DNA of 64,000 nucleotides from an uncultured Actinomycetes bacterium (GCA_903884065.1 CAISDL010000081.1:13624-77623), one strand, 5' to 3'; counted from the first letter of the stretch, positions 33,532 through 43,988 are shown. The notes: generated by a model not told the origin, from the sequence alone. Program-made: numbers and translations.

Positions 33532-35487
33532 ATGTTTCGGTGCGGTGTGCGGGTTGGAGCGGCGGCTTTCGTTGTGGGGTTCTCGGTCGTCGGGCCGCAG
33601 GCGGTCGCTGCCGCTGACGGCGGCAGCGCCGATTCCTCGGCGGGGCGGGCCGGAAACAGCAGTAGCAGCAGCACTTCTCGGTCGGACTCGTCGCCGGCGG
33701 TGAGGACGTCCCATCGTGGCGCGCGCAGCACGGGCCGCTCGGCGTCCCCGGTTGATGATTCGGCGTCTGCGGAGTTGAACGATGCGGCCCCGGCCCCTGC
33801 CGCGGCGCTGACGATCCCGGCGGCCCGGAATCGCGCCGTCGGCCGCGTCGCGACAGCGGACCAGACGCAGACTCCCTTCCCATTGCCTTCGGCGGCCGTC
33901 GCGCCCGTCGTCTCAGCGGCGGCAGAGGTCCCGGCTTCGGTGATCAGCCGCGTAAGGCAGTCGGCACCCCCGGTGTTGCCGTCCGCCGCTGAGGTGGTTA
34001 CTTCCGCGCCAGCGGGGTCCGTGCAGGCATTCATCAGTTCCGCGGTGAACGCCGGACTGGAACCGGAGCCTGAACCGATCGACTCCGACCAGCCGATCGG
34101 CCCCATCGAGAAGGTGGGAATAAGCATCGTGACGGCGGTCCAACGGATCGACTCGGCGATCTATGGTGGCCTTGACGCCGCGGCCAACTGGCTGGCCACC
34201 CTTCCGTCGACACCGGTCACCGAGTTCCTCCAAGGCACGCTGCTCTTGGTGCGGCGCAATGTTTTCAACCAGGCTCCGACGCTCAATCCGGTACAAACCA
34301 CCGGCCAGCTGGTCGGTCCGATCACCGGCACCGTCGGTGCGGTTGATCCCGAAAGCGAGGCGATGACCTACCGGTTGGTGCAGGCCCCCAAGGAGGGCAC
34401 CGTCACCGTCAACGCCGACGGCACGTATTCCTACACACCGGGTTTGCGCTTCGACGGCAGTGATGCGTTCGTCGTCGCAGCCGATGATCAGGCAAAAGGC
34501 TTGATCAAGGACAACGTGTTGCAGCCCCGTCGTCCCGCCGGCACCGACGCGCTCGTCACGGTCAAGCAGGGTGCCCCCAAGGTGGTTACCTACACCTTCA
34601 CCTACGCCACTTACGCGAAGGGTGCGGGAAACGCCAAGGCCATCTGGGACCTGAACCCCGAGGCACTGCCGGCCCTGCAATGGGCGGCGTTCCAGTTGGC
34701 GGACACCGTTGACCCGCAGTACTCGGTGACCCTGAATTACCGGCTGGGCATCGCGTCAGGTGCGGACGCGTTGGCCAACGCCGGGAGCCCTTCCGTCAAC
34801 GAGAAGGATCCGGGTTTCTACATGACGCTGGTGCAGAACAGGATCGTCAAGGGAACCAATCCGACAGGCGCAACGACGGACGGCGAAGTCAACTTCAATT
34901 TCAGCCCTGCGTATTCGGATACGAAGTTCAAGAAGCTGTCGCGGCGGGCCACGTGGGCCTACTACGGCGATGCGGGGCCGACGCAGTTCAGCTTCCAGTC
35001 CACTGCGACGCATGAAGTGCTGCACAGCTTCGGGATGGTCGGTGCGGTGCAGGCCCCGGGCTGCAATGAATTCACATGCGATGACAAAGGCAAGCCCACG
35101 ACTACTCCCAAGACGAACTGGGGGTACTACGACCAGTTCCTCGGCGACTCGGACAAGATCGACGCAATTGACAAGGCAACCAATAGGTGGGACCCGCTTT
35201 TCGACGACAATCTCATCGGAGGTAAGGAAGACGGGCTGTACTTCCTCGGACAGAAGGCAGTAGAAGAATTCGGCGGTCCCGTTCCGATGTTTTCGCCGGA
35301 TCCGTTCGATCCCGGTAGTTCGGTGGTCCACCTCGCCGACTACTTCTTCAACAACACAACCGAGCCCGCCAGCAAGTACTACGTGAAGTTGATGAATGCC
35401 GCCGGTAGCGTCGGAGAGAAGAACCTCCCCCTCAGTGCGGTGGAGATCGCCATCCTCAAGGACTTGGGCTACAAGATGAAAGCCTGA
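33532..35487 (+). CDS. Secreted protein: signal peptide, low-complexity linker, Ig/cadherin-like domain, zinc metalloprotease domain
   Basis: GTVTVNADGTYSYTP repeat motif; THEVLH, GSSVVHL, KLMN, ILKDLGY. Confidence 0.85.
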   Translation: MFRCGVRVGAAAFVVGFSVVGPQAVAAADGGSADSSAGRAGNSSSSSTSRSDSSPAVRTSHRGARSTGRSASPVDDSASAELNDAAPAPAAALTIPAARNRAVGRVATADQTQTPFPLPSAAVAPVVSAAAEVPASVISRVRQSAPPVLPSAAEVVTSAPAGSVQAFISSAVNAGLEPEPEPIDSDQPIGPIEKVGISIVTAVQRIDSAIYGGLDAAANWLATLPSTPVTEFLQGTLLLVRRNVFNQAPTLNPVQTTGQLVGPITGTVGAVDPESEAMTYRLVQAPKEGTVTVNADGTYSYTPGLRFDGSDAFVVAADDQAKGLIKDNVLQPRRPAGTDALVTVKQGAPKVVTYTFTYATYAKGAGNAKAIWDLNPEALPALQWAAFQLADTVDPQYSVTLNYRLGIASGADALANAGSPSVNEKDPGFYMTLVQNRIVKGTNPTGATTDGEVNFNFSPAYSDTKFKKLSRRATWAYYGDAGPTQFSFQSTATHEVLHSFGMVGAVQAPGCNEFTCDDKGKPTTTPKTNWGYYDQFLGDSDKIDAIDKATNRWDPLFDDNLIGGKEDGLYFLGQKAVEEFGGPVPMFSPDPFDPGSSVVHLADYFFNNTTEPASKYYVKLMNAAGSVGEKNLPLSAVEIAILKDLGYKMKA

Positions 35488-35510
35488 GCCGTAGGGCGTG
35501 AACGTTCAAC

Positions 35511-35540
35511 GGCTCCGGCCGGTCATGACCGGCCGCAGCC
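35511..35540. terminator. Palindromic hairpin between the converging protease gene and tRNA
   Basis: ggccggtcatgaccggcc perfect palindrome with outer ggct/agcc. Confidence 0.55.
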
Positions 35541-35552
35541 TATTTCACACAG

Positions 35553-35626
35553 TCGGGGTGGCGGGATTCGAACCCACGACCTCTTCGTCCCGAACGAAGC
35601 ACGCTACCAAGCTGCGCCACACCCCG
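35553..35626 (-). tRNA. tRNA-Pro(CGG)
   Basis: CGGGGTGTGGCGCAGCTTGGTAGCG...CTTCG TT CGG GA CGAAG...GGTTCGAATCCC...CACCCCGA; CCA not encoded. Confidence 0.98.
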
Positions 35627-35677
35627 CGTGAAGCGTCGACAGCCTATCGCACCGGGATGCGCGGAGGCCAAACGCTC

Positions 35678-36802
35678 CTAGCTCGCGACGGCGGAAGCCG
35701 GCCAGGCGCCGTCGTGTTCGAAGCCGGCGAACACCTCCGCATACCCGCCCGGATCCAGATCGTGGGCGGCCAGCCAGCCGTCATCGAAGTAGGTGTCGGC
35801 GTAGCGGTCGCCGCTGTCGCAGAGGAGGGTGACCACCGAGCCACCGGCCCCGCTGGACACCATCTCGGCCAGCAGTTCGAAGGCGCCCCACACGTTGGTC
35901 CCGGTGGAGGGGCCGACGAGCCGACCCAGTACCCGCGAGACCTGGTGCGCGGCCGCGACCGACGCGGCGTCGGGCACCTGCAGCATCCGGTCGATCACCG
36001 ACGGCAGGAATGACGGCTCGACCCGCGGACGGCCGATGCCCTCTATCCGTGAGGACGCTGCGGTGGTGATGTCCCGGCGGCCTTGCGCGAAGGCGGGGAA
36101 GAACGCCGAGTTCTCCGGATCGACCACACACAGCCGGGTGGGGTAGCCCCGATAGCGGATGAAGCGGCCGATCGTGGCGCTGGTGCCGCCGGTGCCGGCG
36201 CCGGCCACGATCCAGGAAGGAACGGGGTGCGGCTCGGCCTGCATCTGGTCGAAGATCGACTCGGCGATGTTGTTATTGCCCCGCCAGTCGGTTGCCCGCT
36301 CCGCGTTGGTGAACTGGTCGATGAAGTGCCCACCGCTCTGCTCTGCCACATGGCGGGCCTCAGCGTTCACGTCGGCCGCGTTGTCGACGAAGTGGCAACG
36401 GCCACCGTACTTTTCGATCAGAGTGACTTTCGTGCGACTGGTCGAGGCGGGCATCACCGCGATGAACGGCAGACCCAGCAGCGCCGCGAAATAAGCTTCC
36501 GACACCGCCGTCGACCCCGAGGAGGCCTCCACCACGGTGGTGCCCTCGGTGATCCAGCCGTTGCACAGGCCGTAGAGAAACAGGGAGCGGGCCAACCGGT
36601 GCTTGAGGCTTCCGGTGATGTGGGTCGACTCGTCCTTGAGGTAGAGAGCCACGCCCGCCTGCTCGCACCACGCCTCCGGCAGCGGATAGCGCAAGAGATG
36701 GGTATCGGCGCTGCGGCGCGAATCGGCCTCGATCAGGCGGACGGCCTGATCCTCCCAGGCCCGCGAAGAACGACGGTCGACCGACTGACTGCAGGTGGCC
36801 AC
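35678..36802 (-). CDS. cds1: PLP-dependent cysteine synthase/desulfhydrase (Rv3684/Cds1-like)
   Basis: [32 protein letters not shown]. Confidence 0.9.
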   Translation of the reverse strand: MATCSQSVDRRSSRAWEDQAVRLIEADSRRSADTHLLRYPLPEAWCEQAGVALYLKDESTHITGSLKHRLARSLFLYGLCNGWITEGTTVVEASSGSTAVSEAYFAALLGLPFIAVMPASTSRTKVTLIEKYGGRCHFVDNAADVNAEARHVAEQSGGHFIDQFTNAERATDWRGNNNIAESIFDQMQAEPHPVPSWIVAGAGTGGTSATIGRFIRYRGYPTRLCVVDPENSAFFPAFAQGRRDITTAASSRIEGIGRPRVEPSFLPSVIDRMLQVPDAASVAAAHQVSRVLGRLVGPSTGTNVWGAFELLAEMVSSGAGGSVVTLLCDSGDRYADTYFDDGWLAAHDLDPGGYAEVFAGFEHDGAWPASAVAS

Positions 36803-36808
36803 GATCGG

Positions 36809-37762
36809 CTAGTGCACGGAGGCCGTGGGGCTGGAACGCAGCACCGTCCGACTGTGGTCCTGACCGCCGGTCGGGGCGGCGACCAAGGTCAGCAGGGTGG
36901 CCTCGGGCCGGCAGAAGAATCGCAGCGGGTACGCCGGCGACGTCCCGATTCCCGCTGACACGTGCAGGGCGGTCTCGGCTCCCCAGTTCGACACACCCTT
37001 CGCCCGGGAGCGGTCCAGATCGCAGTTGGTGACCAGTGCGCCGTAGAACGGCAGGCACAGTTGGCCGCCGTGAGTGTGGCCGGCCATGACGAGTTGGTAG
37101 CCGTCCGCGGCGAACCGGTCCAGCACCCGCGTGTACGGCGCGTGGGTGACGCCGAGGCTGAGGTTGGCCACCGGGCTCGGGCGCCCGGCGATGGTCTCGT
37201 ACCGATCCCGGTCCAGATGGGCGTCGTCAACCCCGGCCGCGGCGATGGTCAATCCCGCCACCTCCAGTTCGCGCCGGGTGTGGGTCAGGTCCAGCCAGCC
37301 CCGCTCGCTGAACGCGGCGCGCAGGTCCTGCCAGGGAAGGGGCTTCCCGATCGTCCGGTGATCCCGGTCGGTCAGGTATTTCGCCGGGTTCTTCATCTTC
37401 GGGGCGAAATAGTCGTTGCTGCCGAACACGAACACACCCGGTACTGCCAGCAGATCGCCGAGGGACTGCACCACCGACGGGACAGCCCGGGGATGCGACA
37501 GATTGTCACCGGTGTTGACCACCAGATCCGGCTCCCAGCCGGCCAACTCGCGCAGCCACGCCTGCTTCTGCCGCTGTGCGGGGCGCATGTGGATATCGCT
37601 GAGGTGCAACACCCGCAGTGGGCTGGAACCCGGTGTCAACACCGGCAGGGTGACTTCGCGGACGACGAAAGCGTTGCGTTCGATCACGGTGGCGTAGCCG
37701 ACCGCGAGTGCGGCGGTGCCGGCCGCGACGGTCGCAGATGTTTTCAAGGCATTGGCGGCCAT
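36809..37762 (-). CDS. Metallophosphoesterase (Rv3683-like)
   Basis: LSDIH, TGDN, GSND, AGHTHGGQ. Confidence 0.93.
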   Translation of the reverse strand: MAANALKTSATVAAGTAALAVGYATVIERNAFVVREVTLPVLTPGSSPLRVLHLSDIHMRPAQRQKQAWLRELAGWEPDLVVNTGDNLSHPRAVPSVVQSLGDLLAVPGVFVFGSNDYFAPKMKNPAKYLTDRDHRTIGKPLPWQDLRAAFSERGWLDLTHTRRELEVAGLTIAAAGVDDAHLDRDRYETIAGRPSPVANLSLGVTHAPYTRVLDRFAADGYQLVMAGHTHGGQLCLPFYGALVTNCDLDRSRAKGVSNWGAETALHVSAGIGTSPAYPLRFFCRPEATLLTLVAAPTGGQDHSRTVLRSSPTASVH

Positions 37763-37824
37763 GACGGAAGACTACTGCCACGAGGTGTGTCGGTGGACAG
37801 TGATTTCGGCGTGAACCGCCCGCT

Positions 37825-40329
37825 TCACGGGGATGGCGGGGGCGCTTCCGGTGGCGGGGGTGGCGGTTCCGGCGGGGGTCCAGGTGGTGGCGGGGGAGCA
37901 AGCACCGGAACCGTGATCGGGGGCAACCCGGGGATCTCGACGACGGTCGAACCGACACCCGGCGGCATACCCGGCGCCGGCGGCGGCGGCGGTGCGCCGG
38001 GCGGTGGTGACGGCGGCGGCGGCGGCGCCGGTTTGACGCCGTTGCTCACCACCAGGGTGACGATGATGCCGGGTACCGTCTGGCCGCTCGGCGAGGTGCC
38101 GAGCACGGTTCCCGCTGACGCGGCACTGTTCTGTGTGCTGACGTTGTCGGCGACCTGGAACCCGGAGGCGCGCAACTCTTCTCGCGCGCTGTCCTGACTC
38201 AGGCCACTGACGTTCGGTACCCGTGAGCCGGGTGCACCGTCGACGTAGCGGGGGTCGGTCGGCGGCAGCGAGACCTCGCCGAAGTCCTCGGCGATGGATG
38301 TCATCGTGGTGAACCACGTCTCGGCGGGTTCCTTGCCGCCGAAGAGATCGCCTTCGTAGCACTGGCGCAACGGGAACGAGCACAGGTCGCTCGGGTCCGG
38401 TGAGTCGTCGTAGATGTAGTTCACCGCCGCGTATCGGTTCGTGTAGCCGAGGAACCCCGCCGAGCGGTGCGCTTCGGTGGTTCCGGTCTTCGCCGACATC
38501 GGCAGGCTCCAACCGGCCGCGTTGGCCGCCGGTGCGCCGGTGCCGCTGATGGTGTCCCGGGCAAGCGCGTTGGAGAGCGTATTGGCCAGACCCTCCGGGA
38601 CGACCTGCTCGCATGCCTCGGCATTGAGGGTCACCTCGTCGCCGCGCCGGTCGTAGATCTTGTCGACCGGGTTGGGCGGGCACCACATTCCGCCGGAGGC
38701 CAGGGTGGACGCAACGTTGGTCAACTCCAGTGGGTTCACCTGGAAGGGGCCCAAGGTGAAGGTTCCGAGGTTCTGGCGCTTGATGAAATCGGCCAGGCTC
38801 TCGTTGTTGTCGGGGTCGTAACCGCGGGCGGTGCCGGGGTCGGTGTAGGAGCGCAACCCCAGCCGAACGGCCATGTCCACCGTTCGGGTCACGCCGACTT
38901 GTGAGATGAGCTTGGCGAAGGCCGTGTTGGGTGACTTGGCCAGCGCCTCGGTGACGCCCATGGTCAGGTAACGGGGGTCTTTGTAGTTCTCCACACACCA
39001 GGTTTCCTTGGGGCAGCCCTTGGCCCCGCCCTCGCCCAGCCCCCGGGCCTCGAAACGGCCCGGAACGTCGAGTGTCGCGTTGATACCCAACCCCAGGTCC
39101 AGCGCGGCCGCAATGGTGAAGATCTTGAAGATCGAGCCGGCGCCGTCGCCGACCAACGAGAACGGCTGAGGCTGAACGGTCTGCCCGGTGGCCGAGTCGA
39201 GGCCGTACGTGCGGTTACTGACCATCGCCACCACCGGATGGCCGGTTTTGCCGGGCAAAACGATGTTCATGACGCTGGCGATGCCGTCGAGGTCCGGCGC
39301 GGCGATCGAGTCCACCGACTTCTTGGCGTCCGCCTGCACAGCAGGGTCCAGGGTCGTCTTGATCAGGTAGCCGCCGCGGGAGATCTGCTCCTTGGTCAGT
39401 CCGGCCCGGGTCAGGTACTCCTGCACGTAGTCGCAGAAGAAGGCCCGGTCGCCGGCGGCGATACAACCGCGTGGCAGTTCGTTCGGGCGGGCCAGAATGC
39501 CCAGCGGCTGTTGTTTGGCGGCCCGCAACTCGTCCGTCTTGTCGGGTAGCTGCTCAATCATGGTGTCCAGCACCAGATTCCGTCGGACCAGGGCGCCATC
39601 GGGATTGGTGTAGGGATTCAGCGCGCTGGTCGACTGGACCAGTCCTGCCAATAGGGCGGACTGCGCCCAGTTGAGGCTCGACGCGTCGATGCCGAAGTAG
39701 GTCTGCGCGGCGTCCTGGATGCCGAACGCCCCGTTTCCGAACGACACCAGATTGAGGTAACGGGTGAGGATCTCCGGCTTGGTCAGGGTCTTGCCGAGGC
39801 TCAGCGCCATCCGGATCTCACGCAGCTTGCGGGCGGGTGTCGGCGCCACCGCGGCGCGCTTCTCCGCATCGTTCTGAGCGACCACCAGCAACTGGTAGTT
39901 CTTGACGTACTGCTGCTCGATGGTGGAGCCGCCGCGGGTGCCGAAATCCCCGGAGGCGTAGCCGGCCAGACCGGTGAGGGTGCCTTTCCAGTCCACGCCC
40001 TTGTGCTCGGCGAATCGCTTGTCCTCAATGGAGACGATGGCCAGCTTCATGGTGTCGGCGATCTTGTCGCTGGGCACCTCGAAGCGCCGCTGCGAATACA
40101 GCCAGGCGATGGTGTTGCCCTTGGCGTCGACCATCGTGGTCACCGCCGGGATGTCACCGTCGAGAACCTGGGCCGATCCGTTGGCCACGATGTCGGACGC
40201 CCGGTTGGACATCAGCCCCAGGCCCCCCACGGCGGGGAACAGCAGTGCCGCCACGATCACGCTCGCCAGCAGGCAGGACCAAGCCAGCTTGATGATCGTG
40301 GAAGCGGTCGGGGTGCGGCGTTCCGACAT
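37825..40329 (-). CDS. ponA2: Class A penicillin-binding protein PonA2
   Basis: Transglycosylase EDKRF/GGSTIEQQ; SIFK, SPN, KTG; PASTA domain; Pro-rich tail. Confidence 0.96.
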   Translation of the reverse strand: MSERRTPTASTIIKLAWSCLLASVIVAALLFPAVGGLGLMSNRASDIVANGSAQVLDGDIPAVTTMVDAKGNTIAWLYSQRRFEVPSDKIADTMKLAIVSIEDKRFAEHKGVDWKGTLTGLAGYASGDFGTRGGSTIEQQYVKNYQLLVVAQNDAEKRAAVAPTPARKLREIRMALSLGKTLTKPEILTRYLNLVSFGNGAFGIQDAAQTYFGIDASSLNWAQSALLAGLVQSTSALNPYTNPDGALVRRNLVLDTMIEQLPDKTDELRAAKQQPLGILARPNELPRGCIAAGDRAFFCDYVQEYLTRAGLTKEQISRGGYLIKTTLDPAVQADAKKSVDSIAAPDLDGIASVMNIVLPGKTGHPVVAMVSNRTYGLDSATGQTVQPQPFSLVGDGAGSIFKIFTIAAALDLGLGINATLDVPGRFEARGLGEGGAKGCPKETWCVENYKDPRYLTMGVTEALAKSPNTAFAKLISQVGVTRTVDMAVRLGLRSYTDPGTARGYDPDNNESLADFIKRQNLGTFTLGPFQVNPLELTNVASTLASGGMWCPPNPVDKIYDRRGDEVTLNAEACEQVVPEGLANTLSNALARDTISGTGAPAANAAGWSLPMSAKTGTTEAHRSAGFLGYTNRYAAVNYIYDDSPDPSDLCSFPLRQCYEGDLFGGKEPAETWFTTMTSIAEDFGEVSLPPTDPRYVDGAPGSRVPNVSGLSQDSAREELRASGFQVADNVSTQNSAASAGTVLGTSPSGQTVPGIIVTLVVSNGVKPAPPPPPSPPPGAPPPPPAPGMPPGVGSTVVEIPGLPPITVPVLAPPPPPGPPPEPPPPPPEAPPPSP

Positions 40330-40400
40330 GGGCTACAGCGTACTGAGGCCGGTTCCCCTGCCTGCCGCCACGCCTGCAGCAACGGTTCGTAACGGAAAAT

Positions 40401-40418
40401 TGTGACGGGCGTGTCACA
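40401..40418. promoter_or_regulatory. Palindromic operator-like site between ponA2 and whiB4
   Basis: TGTGAC-N6-GTCACA perfect arms. Confidence 0.5.
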
Positions 40419-40619
40419 AAACCCCAGTTCATGATGCGATTGGACGTCCGTGCCAAAAAACCTGTGATTCGACTGTTGCGCAAACGCTACTTGACCACTT
40501 ACTTTAAGCGCACAGTGCGACGCAGGTAACACTCGCCTCGCAGTGTGGCGTAGATCGCACCGCGTCTACATCGGAGGGTTTTCGCCGCCAGAACGGCGGC
40601 TCAGACGAAGGGATCGCCC

Positions 40620-40973
40620 GTGTCGGGGACTCGGCCCGCTGCCCGCAGGACAACGTCAGTATCGATACAAGGCTCGCTTCCGGGGGTGAATGGAGAAGCC
40701 CGGATCGCCTGGGTTTCCCAGGCGTTGTGCCGGTCTTCAGATCCCGACCAGTTGTTCGTCCGCGGTGCCGCGCAACGTAAGGCTGCGGTGATCTGCCGGC
40801 ACTGTCCGGTCGTCACCGAGTGCGGAGCCGACGCCCTCGACAACCGGGTGGAGTTCGGCGTCTGGGGCGGAATGACCGAACGCCAGCGCCGCGCCCTGCT
40901 CAAGCAGCACCCCGAGGTCTCCTCGTGGGCGGACTTCTTCTCCGTCCAGCGCAAGCAACGCATCGTCAGCTGA
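40620..40973 (+). CDS. whiB4: WhiB4 Fe-S transcriptional regulator
   Basis: Four Cys (C, CRHC, C), GVWGG, divergent from ponA2. Confidence 0.95.
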   Translation: MSGTRPAARRTTSVSIQGSLPGVNGEARIAWVSQALCRSSDPDQLFVRGAAQRKAAVICRHCPVVTECGADALDNRVEFGVWGGMTERQRRALLKQHPEVSSWADFFSVQRKQRIVS

Positions 40974-40983
40974 TTTCGCGTCG

Positions 40984-42108
40984 CTACGTCTCTCCGGTGA
41001 TCTGATCGGCGATCGCCTGCAGCGCGTCGAGATCCGATACATCGAACGGCAGCGACGGCACCCCCACCACCCGGACATGCGGGTTGGCGCCGGTGAACCT
41101 GGACAGCAGTCGCACCTCACGCTTGGCTGTCTGCCCTCGGTCGGCATGGATGCGCAGCACCGCGGCGGTCAACGTGTTGTCGTCTCCCGCGGCCTCCAGT
41201 GCGACGGCGCCGTCGACCGCACGTTCCACCGTCAGCGGGCACAGCATCGGATGGGTCCGGTTCAGGATCAGCCCGGCCAGGGGCATCCCTTCGGCGGAGA
41301 GTCGGTCGACGAAGAAGGCGGCCTCCCGAAGCGCATCCGGCTCGGCGGCCGACACCACCACGAACTGGGTGCCCCGTCGTTTCAGCAACTCGTAGGTACG
41401 CTCCGCCTTTTCGCGAAATCCGCCGAAGGTGGAGTCCAGCGACTGCACGAAGTTCGCCGCGTCGGAGAGCATCTGTGAGCCGACGATCGTCGACACCGCT
41501 TTCATGGCGAGGCCCATCGCCCCGGTCACGAGCTTGCCGAAGCCGCGGCCCGGCCCCAGGAACAGCTTCCACATCCTGCTGTCCATGAAACTGCCCAGCC
41601 GCTTGGGGGCGTCGAGGAAGTCGAGCGCGTTGCGAGACGGCGGGGTATCGACCACCACCAGGTCCCAGCGGTCCTGCGCGAGCAATTGGCCGAGCTTCTC
41701 CATGGCCATGTACTCCTGCGTGCCGGCCAGTGAGGTGGCGACCGTCTGATAGAACTTGTTGTCCAGAATCGACTGTGCGCGTGTGGGATCGGAGTACTCG
41801 AGCACCATCTCGTCGAACGTGCGCCGCATGTCGAGCATCATCGCGTACAGCTCTCCGGCGACTTCCGGGCCCAGTGGAACCTGTTGCGGGGTGTTTCCGA
41901 GTTCCTTGATGCCGAGGGCCTGAGCGAGCCGTTTGGCGGGGTCGATGGTCAGCACCACGACACTACGGCCGTACTCCGCGGCGCGCAGGGCCATCGCCGC
42001 CGCGGTGGTGGTCTTGCCGACACCGCCGGCGCCGCAGCACACCAGAACCCGGTTGGACCTGTCGGACAGGATGGACTTCATGTCCAGCGTCGGAGGTGCG
42101 CCGCTCAT
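40984..42108 (-). CDS. ArsA/Get3-like ATPase (Rv3680-like)
   Basis: [22 protein letters not shown]. Confidence 0.93.
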   Translation of the reverse strand: MSGAPPTLDMKSILSDRSNRVLVCCGAGGVGKTTTAAAMALRAAEYGRSVVVLTIDPAKRLAQALGIKELGNTPQQVPLGPEVAGELYAMMLDMRRTFDEMVLEYSDPTRAQSILDNKFYQTVATSLAGTQEYMAMEKLGQLLAQDRWDLVVVDTPPSRNALDFLDAPKRLGSFMDSRMWKLFLGPGRGFGKLVTGAMGLAMKAVSTIVGSQMLSDAANFVQSLDSTFGGFREKAERTYELLKRRGTQFVVVSAAEPDALREAAFFVDRLSAEGMPLAGLILNRTHPMLCPLTVERAVDGAVALEAAGDDNTLTAAVLRIHADRGQTAKREVRLLSRFTGANPHVRVVGVPSLPFDVSDLDALQAIADQITGET

Positions 42109-42181
42109 GGTTGGCCTTCCCCGTGCCTCTTCGCTGCGCTCATCGCTTCAGCTTGTTTGGTCCTCTTCGCTGCGCTCATCG
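42105..42181 (-). repeat. MIRU-type repeat encoding a coupled 24-aa mini-ORF
   Basis: cctcttcgctgcgctcatcg at 42126 and 42162 (36-bp period); ATGA overlaps at both ends. Confidence 0.85.
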
Positions 42182-43195
42182 GACGCCTTGCTGGGCAAGG
42201 ACTTCGGCCAATTCGTAGAGGCTGCCCAAGTCCACACCGTCGGCGACGGTCGGTAGATCCAGTCGCGGGACGTGCAAGCCCTCAAGCTCCGTCGCGCTCT
42301 CGGCGCGCGCCCGGATCCGGCTGGCATGCTCGATGGTCTCGGTCAGCAGGCCCGCGAATTCGTTGTCGGCCATGGCGATTCCCGCTTTAGACAACCCGGC
42401 TCGCACTGCGTCGGCGTCGATCACACCGTCGGCGGCCGGGCCGAGCGCGTCACGAGGCAGGAACACGGGAATGTTGCGGTTGACGATCACGCTGCCCACC
42501 GGCAGTTCGAGTGCCTCCAACTCCTCGATCGCCTCGATGGTCTCCTGAATCGGCAGTGCCTCCAGCAGAGTGACCAGGTGGATGGCGGTGAGTTCGGAGT
42601 GCAGCAGCTTCACCACGCCCTCGGCCTGGGAGTGCACCGGCCCGCCCTTGGCGATATCCGAGAGTGCCTTGGTGACGTCCAGGAATCGGGTGATCCGCCC
42701 GGTTGGCGGGGAGTCCACCACGATGGCGTCGTAGGCCGGCCGCTTGTTGGCGTCGAGACGGACGGCGGCCTCCTTGATCTTGCCGGTCAGCAGTACGTCG
42801 CGCAGGCCGGGGGCGATCGTGGTGGCGAACTCGATGGCCCCCACCCGGCGCATCGCCCGCCCGGCGATGCCGAGGTTGTAGAACATGTCGAGGTATTCCA
42901 GGAACGCCGCTTCGAGGTCGATCGCCAGGGCGTTGACGTGGCCGCCGCCGTCGGCTGTGGCGACCTTGACTTCCTCGTAGGGCAGGGGCGGAACGTCGAA
43001 CAGCTGCGCAATACCTTGGCGCCCTTCGACTTCGACGAGAAGAACGCGGCGGCCGCCGGCTGCCAGAGTCAGCGCCAGCGCGGCCGCGACGGTGGTCTTG
43101 CCGGTCCCGCCCTTCCCGGTGACGAAGTGCAGTCGGGCCCGGGTCAGCCGGTCGGGCCAGCCGACATCGCTGCCGTCACTCGTTGAGGTCGCCAC
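42176..43195 (-). CDS. ArsA/Get3-like ATPase (Rv3679-like)
   Basis: GKGGTGKTT, VDSPPTG. Confidence 0.93.
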   Translation of the reverse strand: MATSTSDGSDVGWPDRLTRARLHFVTGKGGTGKTTVAAALALTLAAGGRRVLLVEVEGRQGIAQLFDVPPLPYEEVKVATADGGGHVNALAIDLEAAFLEYLDMFYNLGIAGRAMRRVGAIEFATTIAPGLRDVLLTGKIKEAAVRLDANKRPAYDAIVVDSPPTGRITRFLDVTKALSDIAKGGPVHSQAEGVVKLLHSELTAIHLVTLLEALPIQETIEAIEELEALELPVGSVIVNRNIPVFLPRDALGPAADGVIDADAVRAGLSKAGIAMADNEFAGLLTETIEHASRIRARAESATELEGLHVPRLDLPTVADGVDLGSLYELAEVLAQQGVR

Positions 43196-43289
43196 CTCTG
43201 CATGCTATCCAAGCGAGGAGGAGAGCTCTGGCGAGTTGCCAAGTGGGAAGCCGATTGGGCCGGCGCCCGCGCGGGATAGGCTTCGGCGC

Positions 43290-43451
43290 ATGAGCCAACC
43301 AACCACCTGGGAGTACGCAACCGTGCCGTTGCTGACCCACGCCACCAAGCAGATCCTCGACCAATGGGGGGCCGACGGCTGGGAACTGGTCTCGGTGATT
43401 CAGGGACCGACCGGTGAGCAGCACGTCGCCTACCTCAAGAGACCCAAATGA
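43290..43451 (+). CDS. DUF4177 small protein (Rv3678A-like)
   Basis: WEYATVPL...WGADGWELV...YLKRP. Confidence 0.88.
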   Translation: MSQPTTWEYATVPLLTHATKQILDQWGADGWELVSVIQGPTGEQHVAYLKRPK

Positions 43452-43903
43452 GCGCCCGGGAGCGGCTGGCCGAACTGGGCATCACCCTGCCGGCGGTAGC
43501 TGCGCCGTTGGCGGCCTACATTCCGGCCGTGCGCACCGGCAACCTCGTGTACACCTCGGGACAGCTCCCATTGGAGGGCGGTAAGCCGACGCACTCGGGC
43601 AAGCTCGGCGCCGAGGTGTCATCGGAGGAGGGCAGGGTCGCGGCCCGCACCTGCGCCTTGAACGCACTGGCCGCGATCGATGCATTGGTCGGAATCGACT
43701 CGGTGGTCCGCGTCGTCAAGGTCGTCGGCTTCGTCGCGTCCGCCCCGGGGTTCACCGGGCAGCCCGGGGTTGTCAACGGTGCCTCCGATTTCCTCGGCGA
43801 GGTGTTCGGCGAGTCGGGAGCCCACGCCCGATCGGCGGTGGGCGTCGCGTCGCTGCCGCTTGACGCGCCGGTGGAGGTAGAACTCATCGTCGAGGTGGCG
43901 TGA
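43448..43903 (+). CDS. RidA/YjgF family protein
   Basis: VYTSGQLP, HARSAVGV, PVEVE. Confidence 0.93.
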   Translation: MSARERLAELGITLPAVAAPLAAYIPAVRTGNLVYTSGQLPLEGGKPTHSGKLGAEVSSEEGRVAARTCALNALAAIDALVGIDSVVRVVKVVGFVASAPGFTGQPGVVNGASDFLGEVFGESGAHARSAVGVASLPLDAPVEVELIVEVA

Positions 43904-43923
43904 GGGTTGGCCGCACCCGTCAT

Positions 43924-43979
43924 CGAGACTGCGCACAGATCGCGAGTCGGTCGGAAGACATGATCTGGGCGCACTCTCG
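43924..43979. repeat. REP-like imperfect inverted repeat
   Basis: cgagactgcgcacagatcgcg versus reverse complement of right arm cgagagtgcgcccagatcatg. Confidence 0.75.
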
Positions 43980-43988
43980 GCGACTGAG

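Noticed and set aside
30861-35626. Integrative element at the tRNA-Pro 3' end
   Set aside because: No integrase and no duplicated tRNA 3' segment found by eye; accessory genes only.
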